A stretch of DNA of 64,000 bases from Pelomyxa schiedti (taxonomy: Eukaryota; Protista; Evosea): contig JAHLWZ010000165.1 in the NCBI GenBank assembly GCA_020536535.1, forward strand, positions 28,361-92,360, written 5' to 3'. The notes under the pieces were generated by a model. The model had not been told where the DNA came from. It did not search any database and saw nothing but the letters and a program-made list of their open reading frames with translations. Position numbers and translations under genes: made by a program. How positions within the stretch are numbered: the first letter of the stretch is position 1; every line of letters starts with the position of its first letter. Below, in pieces: positions 63,600 to 64,000 of the stretch.

Positions 63600-64000
63600 A
63601 TGGCGGCAGCACCCCCACGCTACGTAGGCAGCGGCAGCAGCAGCGGCGGCGGCGGCAGGGGATTCCGGTCACACAACACGGAGGCCAACCCCGGCGCCCA
63701 CCCCGTGCCCACCACCAAGCTGTCCTCTGCCCTCTCCGCCCTCCTGGCCCCGCCCCCCCCTCCCGCTCCCCCCACCACCACCACCACCACTTCGTCCTCC
63801 TCCTCCACCACCACCACCAGCAGCAGCACCACGTCGTCGTCGTCGTCGTGCGGTAGTGGCGGCACGAGCAGGGGCGGGGGCAAGGGCAAAGGGACAAGGT
63901 GGCGGCTTGTGGTGCTGATGAGCTCAGGCTCATTTGCTCCTGGTTTGTGTTGCTGTTGCTGTGGACTCAGTCACATCAATGCCCAATGAAGATAATTTTT
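63600..64000 (+). CDS. 5' part of probable NMNAT-like nucleotidyltransferase
   Basis: RLVVLMSSGSFAP resembles NMNAT VVLLACGSFNP; followed by an apparent intron and cut by the window end. Confidence 0.5.

Noticed and set aside
1-64000. Prokaryotic systems (CRISPR array, operon, defence island, prophage)
   Set aside because: No repeat-spacer array or cas-like gene was seen, and genes are intron-containing eukaryotic orthologs.

Overview
Eukaryotic, gene-dense nuclear DNA with many short (mostly 30-80 nt) spliceosomal introns and frequent head-to-head gene pairs. It is probably an amoebozoan protist; gene-family style suggests an archamoeba such as Pelomyxa, but that is inference only. Recognisable housekeeping genes are ATG16L, TTI1, AP-1 gamma adaptin, RNPS1/SR45, ARPC3, ARPC5, a divergent actin, a SKP1-like gene, an Isy1-like gene, a ProX/YbaK tRNA deacylase, an LRR kinase and a BTB-ankyrin gene. 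Most notable observations: (1) an apparent receptor phosphodiesterase, with signal peptide, ABC-type substrate-binding ectodomain, one TM helix and an intact class I PDE; (2) a 45.1-47.4 kb island of scrambled pseudogene pieces, nearly free of CpG over about 1 kb, holding two long fold-back hairpins with strand-polarised G-U mismatches, plus a third fold-back in a pseudogene at 52.6-52.9 kb whose arms differ by substitutions only at CpG, together suggesting hairpin-RNA or methylation-linked silencing; (3) a tRNA-Trp gene that lost its T-arm at a TCA microhomology; (4) bacterial-type genes (DUF2254-like membrane protein next to an HPt gene, intronless GNAT). Exon boundaries were read by eye, CDS coordinates are whole gene spans, and family calls are from motif recognition without searches.
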